A stretch of 43,558 bases of DNA from Micromonosporaceae bacterium (GTDB lineage Bacteria > Actinomycetota > Actinomycetes > Mycobacteriales > Micromonosporaceae): the NCBI GenBank assembly GCA_050701815.1, contig JBOGDL010000443.1:1-43558 (forward strand), given 5' to 3'. The notes below the pieces were generated by a model, which saw only the letters and a program-made list of their open reading frames with translations, was not told the origin of the DNA and made no database searches. The translations under genes and the position numbers were made by a program. Positions 9,434 through 16,036 of the stretch are shown here, one piece after another (the first letter of the stretch is position 1; every line of letters starts with the position of its first letter).

Positions 9434-9537
9434 GGCGCGACCGCCGTCCTTTCCGCCGCCGTCGTTCCCACCAGGCGAGGGCGGCGCCAGGTGGGCGGGA
9501 ATGTGGGGTCTCGCCATTCCCGCGTACGCTCGCCAGC

Positions 9538-9906
9538 GTGAGTCCGCGCCGCAACCGTCGTCGTCTCGGCACGGCAAGCGGGGAGCAGCGCACCTCTCAC
9601 GCGCCGCGCGCTGAGGCGAGAGAGACCTGGCAAGACGGAGAATGGGTGGTACGTGCCGTCGCCGGCGCCGCCGGGCCGCCCCACCCGTCAGCGGGACGTG
9701 TGCCTGGCCAGGCGGGCGACGCCAAGGCGTACCGGTGCCCCGGTTGTGACCACGAAATCCCCGCCACGATGGCTCACCTCGTGTGTTGGCCTGTGGCGGG
9801 CGGAGTGGCGCAGCGCAGGCACTGGCACCGTGCCTGCTGGCGAGCGCGTGAGCGGCGGGGCCCGCCACCCGAGCGACCCCGGCGCCTGCCGACGCGCTTC
9901 AGATAG
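9538..9906 (+). CDS. Small conserved actinobacterial Cys-containing protein, often annotated 'ATP/GTP-binding protein'
   Basis: It is hidden in the 3' part of track ORF 8953..9906. GTG at 9538 gives VSPRRNRRRL...ETWQDGEWVVRAVAGA...YRCPGCDHEIPATMAHLVCWP...RRHWHRACWRARERRGP. I recognise the WQDGEW...YRCPGCD...RRHWH.ACW pattern as a conserved small actinobacterial protein. Confidence 0.6.
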   Translation: MSPRRNRRRLGTASGEQRTSHAPRAEARETWQDGEWVVRAVAGAAGPPHPSAGRVPGQAGDAKAYRCPGCDHEIPATMAHLVCWPVAGGVAQRRHWHRACWRARERRGPPPERPRRLPTRFR

Positions 9907-9961
9907 GGTTCCCAACCCAGATAGCCACGCCCGCAGGGTGGCAGAGCCCGCGAGGGACCTA

Positions 9962-9991
9962 GGGTTGGTGTGCCGGGGGTTGGTGTGCCGG
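9962..9991. repeat. 15-bp perfect tandem duplication (gggttggtgtgccgg x2), intergenic
   Basis: Read directly from the sequence. Confidence 0.9.
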
Positions 9992-10058
9992 GGCAGCGGC
10001 GACGAGCCCATCGCGGTGCGCTGGCGTCCCCGGCCGCGTCGGGAAAGAACGCCGGCCG

Positions 10059-10970
10059 ATGCGAAGACGATCTGGGGAAGCACGAATCGTGAGTGGTACG
10101 AGCGCTGATCAGCCTGGTGACGGCACGCCTCAAGCGGGAGTTGGCGAGCCCCAGCCTGGTGACGGCACGCCTGACCAGGGGACCCCGATCCGGGCGAATT
10201 CCATCCTGCCGGCGCGGCGGCAAGACATCGAGCTCCACACCGCTGACGGGCTGACCCTGGTGGGGGAGTTGGCGCTGCCGGCAGACCGGGACCCTGTCGC
10301 CACCCTGGTCTGCCTGCATCCGCTGCCCACTCACGGCGGCATGATGGACAGCCACGTGCTGCGTAAGGCCGCCTGGCGACTGCCGGCCCTCGCTGGGCTC
10401 GCGGTGTTGCGGTTCAACACCCGAGGCACGTCCAGTCAACGGGGGGTCAGCGAGGGCACGTTCGATAGCGGTCGAGGGGAGCGGAACGACGTCGTAGCCG
10501 CGATCGAGTACGCCGAGTTCAGCGACCTGCCAAGGATCTGGTTGCTGGGTTGGTCGTTCGGCACAGACCTGGCCCTGATGCACGGATGCGATCCTGTCGT
10601 GGCTGGCGCGATCCTGCTGTCGCCGCCGTTGCGCTCGGCGCAGCCTGAGCACTTGGCCAACTGGGCTGATTCGGGCAAGCCCGTGACGGCGCTGGTGCCC
10701 GAGTTCGATGACTATTTGCGTCCCGCCGAGGCGGCGGATCGGCTCGGCGCGATACCGCAGGCTGAAGTGGTGGGGGTCCCCGGCGCCAAGCACCTGTGGG
10801 TGGGCGATGCGGAAACCGTCCTCGACGAGGTCGTGAAGCGGGTGGCGCCTGAGTCGAGCCCCTTGCCCGAGGTGTGGCGTGGCCCGATCGAGCGGGGGGA
10901 CGCGAGCGCGTACGCGGATCGCACAGTGGCTGCCTTCGCCGACACCCCGCTGCCGCGGGACGCGACTTGA
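10059..10970 (+). CDS. Alpha/beta hydrolase with a disordered N-terminus. The start is uncertain, and the GTG at 10089 is also possible.
   Basis: LHTADGLTLVGELALP...LVCLHPLPTHGGMMDSHVLRKAAWRLP...LRFNTRGTS...LLGWSFGTDLAL...GAKHLW has an alpha/beta-hydrolase fold pattern with the nucleophile in GWSFG. The N-terminus holds a 21-bp sequence repeated at 42-bp spacing (10110-10130 and 10152-10172, QPGDGTP x2). Confidence 0.75.
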   Translation: MRRRSGEARIVSGTSADQPGDGTPQAGVGEPQPGDGTPDQGTPIRANSILPARRQDIELHTADGLTLVGELALPADRDPVATLVCLHPLPTHGGMMDSHVLRKAAWRLPALAGLAVLRFNTRGTSSQRGVSEGTFDSGRGERNDVVAAIEYAEFSDLPRIWLLGWSFGTDLALMHGCDPVVAGAILLSPPLRSAQPEHLANWADSGKPVTALVPEFDDYLRPAEAADRLGAIPQAEVVGVPGAKHLWVGDAETVLDEVVKRVAPESSPLPEVWRGPIERGDASAYADRTVAAFADTPLPRDAT

Positions 10971-11126
10971 GCCCGCGCGGGGCATGAGCAACTGGCCCCG
11001 CTCGTAGCGCTCGATCGTGATGCTGCGTGGTGGAGGCGTCTGACCTGCCAAGAGTGGTGGGATCTGGCGAAATGGTTCGGTGTTTTGCCAGGCTTGGGCC
11101 GTTCCGGTCAGCTACATTGAACCTCT

Positions 11127-11144
11127 TGTAATCGGATGATTACA
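11127..11144. promoter_or_regulatory. Perfect 7-4-7 palindrome TGTAATCggatGATTACA, overlapping a TTGAAC(-35)-17 bp-TTACAT promoter-like arrangement upstream of the long peptide gene
   Basis: Read directly. TTGAAC is at 11117-11122. The local stretch is visibly AT-richer than its surroundings and lies about 140 bp upstream of the GTG at 11282. Confidence 0.4.
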
Positions 11145-11281
11145 TGCTGCGACGTTTGCGGGCAGGTCCCTCCGGCCAGACATGGTTTTACCCACCGGGC
11201 ACATCATCGCCGATGTGCCTGGCTGCACGTCTGCGACTTCTGGGAAGCCCGTCGAATGTCGTGGGACTCAGAGGAGTAGAT

Positions 11282-11857
11282 GTGGGAGTTTTCATCAGTT
11301 ACCAGGCCCTGGACCGGGTTGCCGGTCAGATGCTGCCTGAGCGTCTTCTGATGTCGACAGTGCTGCCACCGATATCTGGGACCGGCGAGGCCGCCGGGGA
11401 TGCTCCGGGCGACATGGGGGTCGCTTCGACTAGCACGGTGGACGCTCCGGCCGACACGGCGACCGCTCCAACCGGCACAGCGACCGCCCCGACAAGCACG
11501 GCGGACGCTTCAGCCGACCCCGCCAATGCTCCGGTCGACACCGCGAGTGCTCCGGCGAGCACGGCAGACGCCGCGTCCGGTGCTCCGGCGAGCAACGGCG
11601 GTGCTGGGTCCGGCGCGGCTGCCGCTCCGGCGAACGACGCCCCGGCAAACACAGGCGGCACCCCGGCAGCGGACGGAACGTATAGCGCTGCCAACAACGG
11701 GGACGCCTCGGCGGGCAACCAGGGCAGCACATCGGTTGCCTACGCGTGCCAGTACACCGCGAACCCCGGCCCTCCTGCCCTGCTGTCATTCCTGGGCCTC
11801 GCAGGCTCACCGGGGTACAGCATGAGCTGTGTTCCGGCTGCAGTGGTGACTCGCTGA
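11282..11857 (+). CDS. Peptide-family member P0 (191 aa): family leader, then a ~110-aa Ala/Thr/Pro/Asp-rich linker, then the family two-Cys core
   Basis: GAGGAG at 11271-11276 lies 5 nt before the GTG at 11282. Leader: VGVFISYQALDRVAGQMLPERLLMSTV. Core: SVAYACQYTANPGPPALLSFLGLAGSPGYSMSCVPAAVV. A strong terminator follows immediately. Confidence 0.7.
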   Translation: MGVFISYQALDRVAGQMLPERLLMSTVLPPISGTGEAAGDAPGDMGVASTSTVDAPADTATAPTGTATAPTSTADASADPANAPVDTASAPASTADAASGAPASNGGAGSGAAAAPANDAPANTGGTPAADGTYSAANNGDASAGNQGSTSVAYACQYTANPGPPALLSFLGLAGSPGYSMSCVPAAVVTR

Positions 11858-11872
11858 CCACTTGACCACTTG

Positions 11873-11930
11873 ACCGTGGTCGCTTCGCTGCTCGTACGGA
11901 ATGGGTGAGCGACGAGGCGACCACGGTTTT
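11873..11930 (+). terminator. Intrinsic terminator after P0
   Basis: A 21-bp stem (accgtggtcgcttcgctgctc / gagcgacgaggcgaccacggt, 1 mismatch and 2 G-U pairs) with a 13-nt loop, followed by a TTTT run. It is preceded by tgaccact x2.9 (11855-11877). Confidence 0.7.
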
Positions 11931-12164
11931 GGTGTGCGCCCGAAAACTGGGCTGTGCTCTTGTCGCTGGGCTGCCCGGCGCCAAGCGCGAAACTGGCGCC
12001 CAGCGCGAATCAGCGGCGCTTAGGCCGTGTCCTGCCGATCAGCTGAGCTTGCCACCGCCTCAGTCAAGCCACCCCTGCGAGGCCTTCCTAGCGTCACCCG
12101 CCGGTGACCTGCTAGGCCTGCGCCCAGAGTCTCCCCGCTATCCCCGCAGGAGCGCCCTCCGGGG

Positions 12165-12198
12165 CTCAGGTGGCCCAATAAGCCTCAGGTGGCCCAAT
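12165..12198. repeat. 19-bp-period direct repeat (ctcaggtggcccaat x2) in a ~466-bp apparently non-coding gap
   Basis: Read directly. Nothing in 11858-12323 has protein-like ORFs. Confidence 0.8.
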
Positions 12199-12323
12199 GA
12201 GCTGGGGGGCGATGAGTCAGAGTGCGTCTGCCTTGGGGCAGCGCTGCAGGGACAACTGGCTGGGACACGGTCGCGATCCAGGGACAGCGGCGCCAAGAGG
12301 CCTGCCACGGTGGTTGTGGCAGA

Positions 12324-13859
12324 TCACCTCGCGTGACGGGCGGCGTACTGCCAATACCGGGCGCGGACCATCCGAAACCCGCCACGGAGTGCCAACCAGG
12401 CCAGGAGTATCAAGCCCGCCACCGGAATCAGCAAGATCAGGATCTGCAGCGCAGATGTGATCACACCAAGGATCGGGTAGCCGGAACCGCCGGTGGCTTG
12501 GATGGCGAGGACCTGGATTGAGATCCATATGTTCTGGAGGATCACCGGCACCTGGGTGGAGAACATCGCCAGCTGGATCGCGATACCCGGGATCACCACG
12601 ATCACCCAGGTAGAGACCACGATCTGGGGCCACCGCTTGAGCAGGCTCAGCCGCTGGTCAGCGGGACGTCGTAGGAAGGTCCGCTTCAGGATCGGTCCGA
12701 TGTAGCGGAACAGGTCTGGGACGCCGACCAGGTCGGCCACGATGTAGTAGCCGTCAAATCGCAAGGTCGGCAGTAGCTGCTGCATGATCTCGAGGTTCAC
12801 GGCCAGGATGCACACGAGGAAGGGTGGGAACTCCGTCCAGGTGTAGAGCATGCCCAGGATGACAACGACGATCGCGTTGAAGTAGACGCCACCCAGGTCG
12901 GCTCGTAGCCGGCCGGCCCGGTTCAGTCGGTACGAGTTCGTGATGTCGGTGTAGAAGGCAGGCCAGACCAGATAGATACCGAATCCCATGGGCCCTGGCG
13001 CCACGCCTCCATAGCGACACGCGGTAGCGTGCCCGAACTCATGGAACGCGGCGGACATCATGGCCATCAGCAGCACCAGCAGCACGCTGGAAGGGGAGAT
13101 CAAGGTCAGCTGAAGCGCGGCGGCGATGTCCTGTGAGCTGAGCAGCCACACCTCGCTGGCGAGCGCAGTGGTGAGGACCAGAAAGAGCGCGAACGGGTGG
13201 AAGAGCCACAGGAACATCCCAGCGATGGCCCAGGTCGCCTTCTCCGGGATCACCGCGACCTTGAACTTCAGCGCGAGGAACGGGCTTGGCTTGATGAGGT
13301 TCGGGGCAGTGCCATCGCTGAAGGTGGTGACCCCGAGTGGGGCCAACTTCTTGTCCAGAAGGTACGAGATGTGCTCCGGAGCCAGTTCGATGTCGGTGTC
13401 GCGGCTGACCCCGGTGGCGACCGCGGACAACAGCGCCTCACGTTCCTGGGGGCCGCCTGTGGTCTCATCCCGGTCGACCAGGTGTCGTACCACTGAGTAG
13501 AGCAACAGGGGCAGTCGCACCAGCTGTCCGTCGCCACGGCTCACCAGGTGAGGTGGTTCCCGGTAGCCGGACCCCTGGAACTCGCCCACCAGCTCAGTGC
13601 CCTCTGTCAGCGCAGGCAGGGGTTGCGCGACTGGCTCGGGAGTTGCTTCCTGGATGGCGGCGGCGGCCGTTGACTCGTGATCGGGATTCGAGCCCGTCTC
13701 GCCGTTGGCCGGCCGGGGTCGGGGTCGGGGTCGGGGTCTCGGTCTGGGTCGCGGTCGCGGTTTGATAGCGCTCTCCCAGGGGTCGGGTTCCGGCTGGTCG
13801 CCATGGTGCGGTTGCCCTTTGTCGCCGCGTGGAGGAAAGCGGAGGGCGCTACCTGTCAC
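12324..13859 (-). CDS. M50-family (site-2-protease-like) polytopic membrane zinc metalloprotease with a soluble N-terminal domain and a (Pro-Arg)8 tract
   Basis: HEFGHATACRYGG is an HExxH motif inside a hydrophobic helix. Further evidence: AFYTDITNSYRLNRAGRLRADLGGVYFNAIVV, LRFDGYYIVADLVGVPDLF and at least six hydrophobic segments. The N-terminal part LTEGTELVGEFQGSGYREPPHLVSRGDGQLVRLPLLLYSVV resembles proteins annotated 'putative peptide zinc metalloprotease'. The GTG start at 13859 is the only start before the membrane domain. Confidence 0.8.
   Translation of the reverse strand: MTGSALRFPPRGDKGQPHHGDQPEPDPWESAIKPRPRPRPRPRPRPRPRPANGETGSNPDHESTAAAAIQEATPEPVAQPLPALTEGTELVGEFQGSGYREPPHLVSRGDGQLVRLPLLLYSVVRHLVDRDETTGGPQEREALLSAVATGVSRDTDIELAPEHISYLLDKKLAPLGVTTFSDGTAPNLIKPSPFLALKFKVAVIPEKATWAIAGMFLWLFHPFALFLVLTTALASEVWLLSSQDIAAALQLTLISPSSVLLVLLMAMMSAAFHEFGHATACRYGGVAPGPMGFGIYLVWPAFYTDITNSYRLNRAGRLRADLGGVYFNAIVVVILGMLYTWTEFPPFLVCILAVNLEIMQQLLPTLRFDGYYIVADLVGVPDLFRYIGPILKRTFLRRPADQRLSLLKRWPQIVVSTWVIVVIPGIAIQLAMFSTQVPVILQNIWISIQVLAIQATGGSGYPILGVITSALQILILLIPVAGLILLAWLALRGGFRMVRARYWQYAARHAR
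13710..13760 (-). repeat. Imperfect hexanucleotide repeat encoding K(PR)8PA in the M50 N-terminus
   Basis: ccgcga ccgcga cccaga ccgaga ccccga x3 ccccgg, read on the minus strand. Confidence 0.9.
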
Positions 13860-14070
13860 GCGCGAGCGGGATTAGCTTGCAGGCAAGAATCCCTTTTGAG
13901 ATTGAAAAATCATCTTTTGTCATCCAATCGAGGGAACCAACGGGCAGGTCGATCAATTACGGTCTGTAGCGCGTGATATACGTTAGGTGCTCTTCCCGCC
14001 AGACAAGGCGGAGAGGCCGTCTGGAGCTCGCGGTGAGATCCAGGTGTCACGACAAGATGGAGGAACACCA
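13860..14070. promoter_or_regulatory. Divergent control region between the M50 gene and the peptide array. It contains the most AT-rich stretch seen in the window.
   Basis: ttttgagattgaaaaatcatcttttgtcatccaatcgag, an imperfect hairpin gggattagcttgc/gcaagaatccc (13868-13893), and a conserved 5'-leader block at 14021-14066 that recurs at 15135-15177. Confidence 0.5.
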
Positions 14071-14337
14071 GTGCAGACTCTTATCAGCTACGCGGAACTG
14101 GACGAGGTTGCGGGAGAGCTGCTTCCCGAGCGTGCCGTGATGTCCACAATGGTTACTCCCATGATGGGCGGTAGCGCCGAGTTCGGCGGTGCTGCGAATG
14201 GCGGCCCGACCGTGGTGGCGTACGCGTGCTCCGCTGGCTCTTCGCCGGCCACCAGCGCCAACGGCGCCCTGGGCATCCTCGCGGCCACGCCGTCGGTTGG
14301 CCCGGCCTGTGTGCCTGGCGGCATCATCACCGGCTAG
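14071..14337 (+). CDS. Peptide-family member P1 (88 aa)
   Basis: GGAGGA at 14059-14064 lies 6 nt before the GTG at 14071. Sequence: VQTLISYAELDEVAGELLPERAVMSTMVTPMMGGSAEFGGAANGGPTVVAYACSAGSSPATSANGALGILAATPSVGPACVPGGIITG. Confidence 0.75.
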   Translation: MQTLISYAELDEVAGELLPERAVMSTMVTPMMGGSAEFGGAANGGPTVVAYACSAGSSPATSANGALGILAATPSVGPACVPGGIITG

Positions 14338-14365
14338 TTAGCAAGCCATTCAGGCCTTTGGCCTT

Positions 14366-14398
14366 ACGTGTGGGGAGAGCCCCGCTCTCCCCACACGT
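14366..14398 (+). terminator. Perfect 14-bp stem-loop (acgtgtggggagag-ccccg-ctctccccacacgt) after P1, with no T-tract
   Basis: Read directly. A second hairpin, cgcctgagtcac/gtgagtcaggcg, follows at 14406-14432. Confidence 0.55.
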
Positions 14399-14458
14399 GA
14401 TAACTCGCCTGAGTCACTCGGTGAGTCAGGCGTAAACGACAAACATGGAGGGCAAGTC

Positions 14459-14692
14459 ATGACTTTCGCAGAACTCGACAAGGTTGCTGGGGAGCTGCTT
14501 CCCGAGCGCGCTGTGATGTCCACCGTCGTGCCGCCGATGTTCGGCGGCCAGGCTGAGAACGGTGTCGTGGTGGCGTACGCGTGCTCCGCTGGCTCGTCGC
14601 CGGCCACCAGCGCCAACAGCCTTTTGGGCATCCTCGCGGCCACGCCGTCTGTCGGCCCGGCCTGCGTGCCCGGCGCCATCATCGCACACTGA
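14459..14692 (+). CDS. Peptide-family member P2 (77 aa)
   Basis: GGAGGG lies upstream of the ATG at 14459. Sequence: MTFAELDKVAGELLPERAVMSTVVPPMFGGQAENGVVVAYACSAGSSPATSANSLLGILAATPSVGPACVPGAIIAH. The core is near-identical to P1 at the DNA level. Confidence 0.75.
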   Translation: MTFAELDKVAGELLPERAVMSTVVPPMFGGQAENGVVVAYACSAGSSPATSANSLLGILAATPSVGPACVPGAIIAH

Positions 14693-14727
14693 TTTCTGTG
14701 TGATCACTTGGCGTCACGCCTGACGTT

Positions 14728-14755
14728 CGGGGAGGGCGGGCAACCGTCCTCCCCG
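14728..14755 (+). terminator. Stem-loop cggggagggcgg-gcaa-ccgtcctccccg after P2
   Basis: 12-bp stem with 1 mismatch and no T-tract. Confidence 0.45.
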
Positions 14756-14806
14756 GATGGAAAGTGATTTCAGGAGAAGATCAAGTGCAAATGGGGGGAA
14801 CAGAGA

Positions 14807-15052
14807 ATGCAGAAGACCATCAGCTATGCGGAGCTGGACCTGACCACCGGCGAGCTGCTCCCTGAGCGTGCTGTGATGTCGACCGTCATGCCGTCGATGT
14901 TCGGCTACGCCGAGGGTGGCAACGTCGTGGTGGCGTTCGCGTGCTCGGCGGGCTCGTCGCCGGCCACCAACACCAACAGCCTCCTGGGCATCATTTCGGC
15001 CACGCCGTCTGTCGGCCCGGCCTGTGTGCCTGGTGGCATTGTCGCCGGCTAG
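14807..15052 (+). CDS. Peptide-family member P3 (81 aa)
   Basis: A G-rich SD (ggggggaa) lies upstream. Sequence: MQKTISYAELDLTTGELLPERAVMSTVMPSMFGYAEGGNVVVAFACSAGSSPATNTNSLLGIISATPSVGPACVPGGIVAG. Confidence 0.75.
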   Translation: MQKTISYAELDLTTGELLPERAVMSTVMPSMFGYAEGGNVVVAFACSAGSSPATNTNSLLGIISATPSVGPACVPGGIVAG

Positions 15053-15090
15053 TTCGGTGCGTTTCTAGTCAGGCATTTCGCCTGACCATG

Positions 15091-15121
15091 GGGAGGACGG
15101 CAGCATGCTGTCCTCCCTTTT
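15091..15121 (+). terminator. Intrinsic terminator after P3 (gggaggac..gtcctccc stem followed by TTTT)
   Basis: It is preceded by a small hairpin gtcaggc-atttc-gcctgac at 15068-15086. Confidence 0.6.
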
Positions 15122-15134
15122 GCGTGGCAAGGGT

Positions 15135-15177
15135 CTGGACTCGCAGGGAGATCCAGATGTCACAACAGGATGAGGAA
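15135..15177 (+). other. Orphan copy of the P1 5'-leader block (ctggactcgcagggagatccagatgtcacaacaggatgaggaa) with no family ORF after it. It is probably a relic of a deleted array member.
   Basis: It aligns by eye with 14021-14066 (ctggagctcgcggtgagatccaggtgtcacgacaagatggaggaa). The P3-P4 spacer is 284 bp, against 114-131 bp for the other spacers. Confidence 0.45.
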
Positions 15178-15336
15178 GTCCCGGGGAGGGTGGCAGCCTT
15201 CCGCCACCCGCACGCAGGAAAGGGGGTCCCGTAAAGGCGGTACGAGCCAGACGGAAGGGCGCCAACTCGCTGTCCTCACATGGGGGAGGGCCTGAGGGGC
15301 CACAGCACCATGCAAGAAGGGATTGGAAACAAAGGA

Positions 15337-15606
15337 ATGCAGGCTCTTATCAGCTATCCGGAGCTGGACCTGGTCGCGGGGGAGATGCTTCCTGAGCGTG
15401 CCGTTATGTCGACCGTGTTGACGCCGATGTTCGGCAGCCAGGCCGAAGCCGAGTCAACGGTGGTGGCGTACGCCTGCTCATCCGGCTCATCGCCGGCCAC
15501 AGCGATTGGCTTCCTGTTTTTCGACGTCGTCAATCCGTTGAAAGATCTTTCGGCGGCGCCATCGTCAGGTCCGGGATGCGCGCCAGCTGGCATTGTCACC
15601 GACTAG
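15337..15606 (+). CDS. Peptide-family member P4 (89 aa), divergent core
   Basis: The ATG at 15337 was chosen by alignment with P3 (MQALISY vs MQKTISY); the track ORF starts at 15280. Sequence: MQALISYPELDLVAGEMLPERAVMSTVLTPMFGSQAEAESTVVAYACSSGSSPATAIGFLFFDVVNPLKDLSAAPSSGPGCAPAGIVTD. Confidence 0.7.
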   Translation: MQALISYPELDLVAGEMLPERAVMSTVLTPMFGSQAEAESTVVAYACSSGSSPATAIGFLFFDVVNPLKDLSAAPSSGPGCAPAGIVTD

Positions 15607-15641
15607 TTCGGTGTTGTTCTCGTCAGGCACACGCCTGATGA

Positions 15642-15680
15642 CGGGGAGGACGGCTACATGCCGACCTCCCGTTTGCGTTT
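15642..15680 (+). terminator. Stem-loop cggggaggacggc/gccgacctcccg followed by tttgcgtttt, after P4
   Basis: It is preceded by the small hairpin tcaggc-acac-gcctga at 15623-15638. Confidence 0.55.
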
Positions 15681-15737
15681 TGGCAAGTGGCTGGGCTCAC
15701 GGGGAGCCCGGCATCATGAGGAAACGGGGGAAGTCTC

Positions 15738-15977
15738 ATGGAAACACCTGTCAGTTTCGGGGGTTTGGAGCAGGTCTTCGGGGAGTTGCTCCCTGAACGG
15801 GCTGTCATGTCCACCCTGGCCCCGATGGGGGTTAACGGCAACGCCGAAGTGGGCCCGCTGTTCGCATTCGCGTGCTCCAGCGGCTCAGCCCCAACTGCCA
15901 ATGACTTCAGCCTGCTCGGAGACACGGAATCCGGGTCAGTTGGTCCGGCGTGTGCGCCGGGCGCCATCGTGATCTAG
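15738..15977 (+). CDS. Peptide-family member P5 (79 aa), the most divergent of the short members
   Basis: gggggaag lies upstream of the ATG. Sequence: METPVSFGGLEQVFGELLPERAVMSTLAPMGVNGNAEVGPLFAFACSSGSAPTANDFSLLGDTESGSVGPACAPGAIVI. Confidence 0.7.
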   Translation: METPVSFGGLEQVFGELLPERAVMSTLAPMGVNGNAEVGPLFAFACSSGSAPTANDFSLLGDTESGSVGPACAPGAIVI

Positions 15978-16005
15978 CTGAGGTCGGCGGTCAGCTCGTG
16001 CTGGC

Positions 16006-16036
16006 GGGTGGGGAGGGCGAGCCGCCCTTCCCACCC
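16006..16036 (+). terminator. Stem-loop gggtggggagggcg-agc-cgcccttcccaccc after P5
   Basis: 14-bp stem with one G-U pair. It marks the end of the array. Confidence 0.5.

Noticed and set aside
8579-11051. Long minus-strand ORFs 8579-9868 (429 aa) and 9774-11051 (425 aa)
   Set aside because: They are Arg/Pro/Gly-rich with no motifs. They overlap the well-supported dehydrogenase, small Cys-protein and alpha/beta-hydrolase genes on the + strand.
11905-12336. A 143-aa + ORF and small minus-strand ORFs in the gap between P0 and the M50 gene
   Set aside because: They have no SD, an irregular composition and no similarity to the peptide family or to anything I recognise. I treat the region as non-coding, though a degraded gene remnant or an sRNA cannot be excluded without searches.
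14088-15967. Mirror-image antisense ORFs across the peptide genes (14088-14330, 14350-14682, 15354-15599 and 15623-15967, plus 11326-11730 opposite P0). They also look like a paralogous family (MMxPGTQAGPTDGVAARMP...).
   Set aside because: They share third codon positions with the + frame, so GC3 cannot discriminate between the strands. They have no consistent start, stop or SD. Paralogue differences that are synonymous in the + frame, such as ctg/ttg Leu, become non-synonymous in the antisense frame. The terminator-like hairpins and SD sequences are oriented for the + strand.
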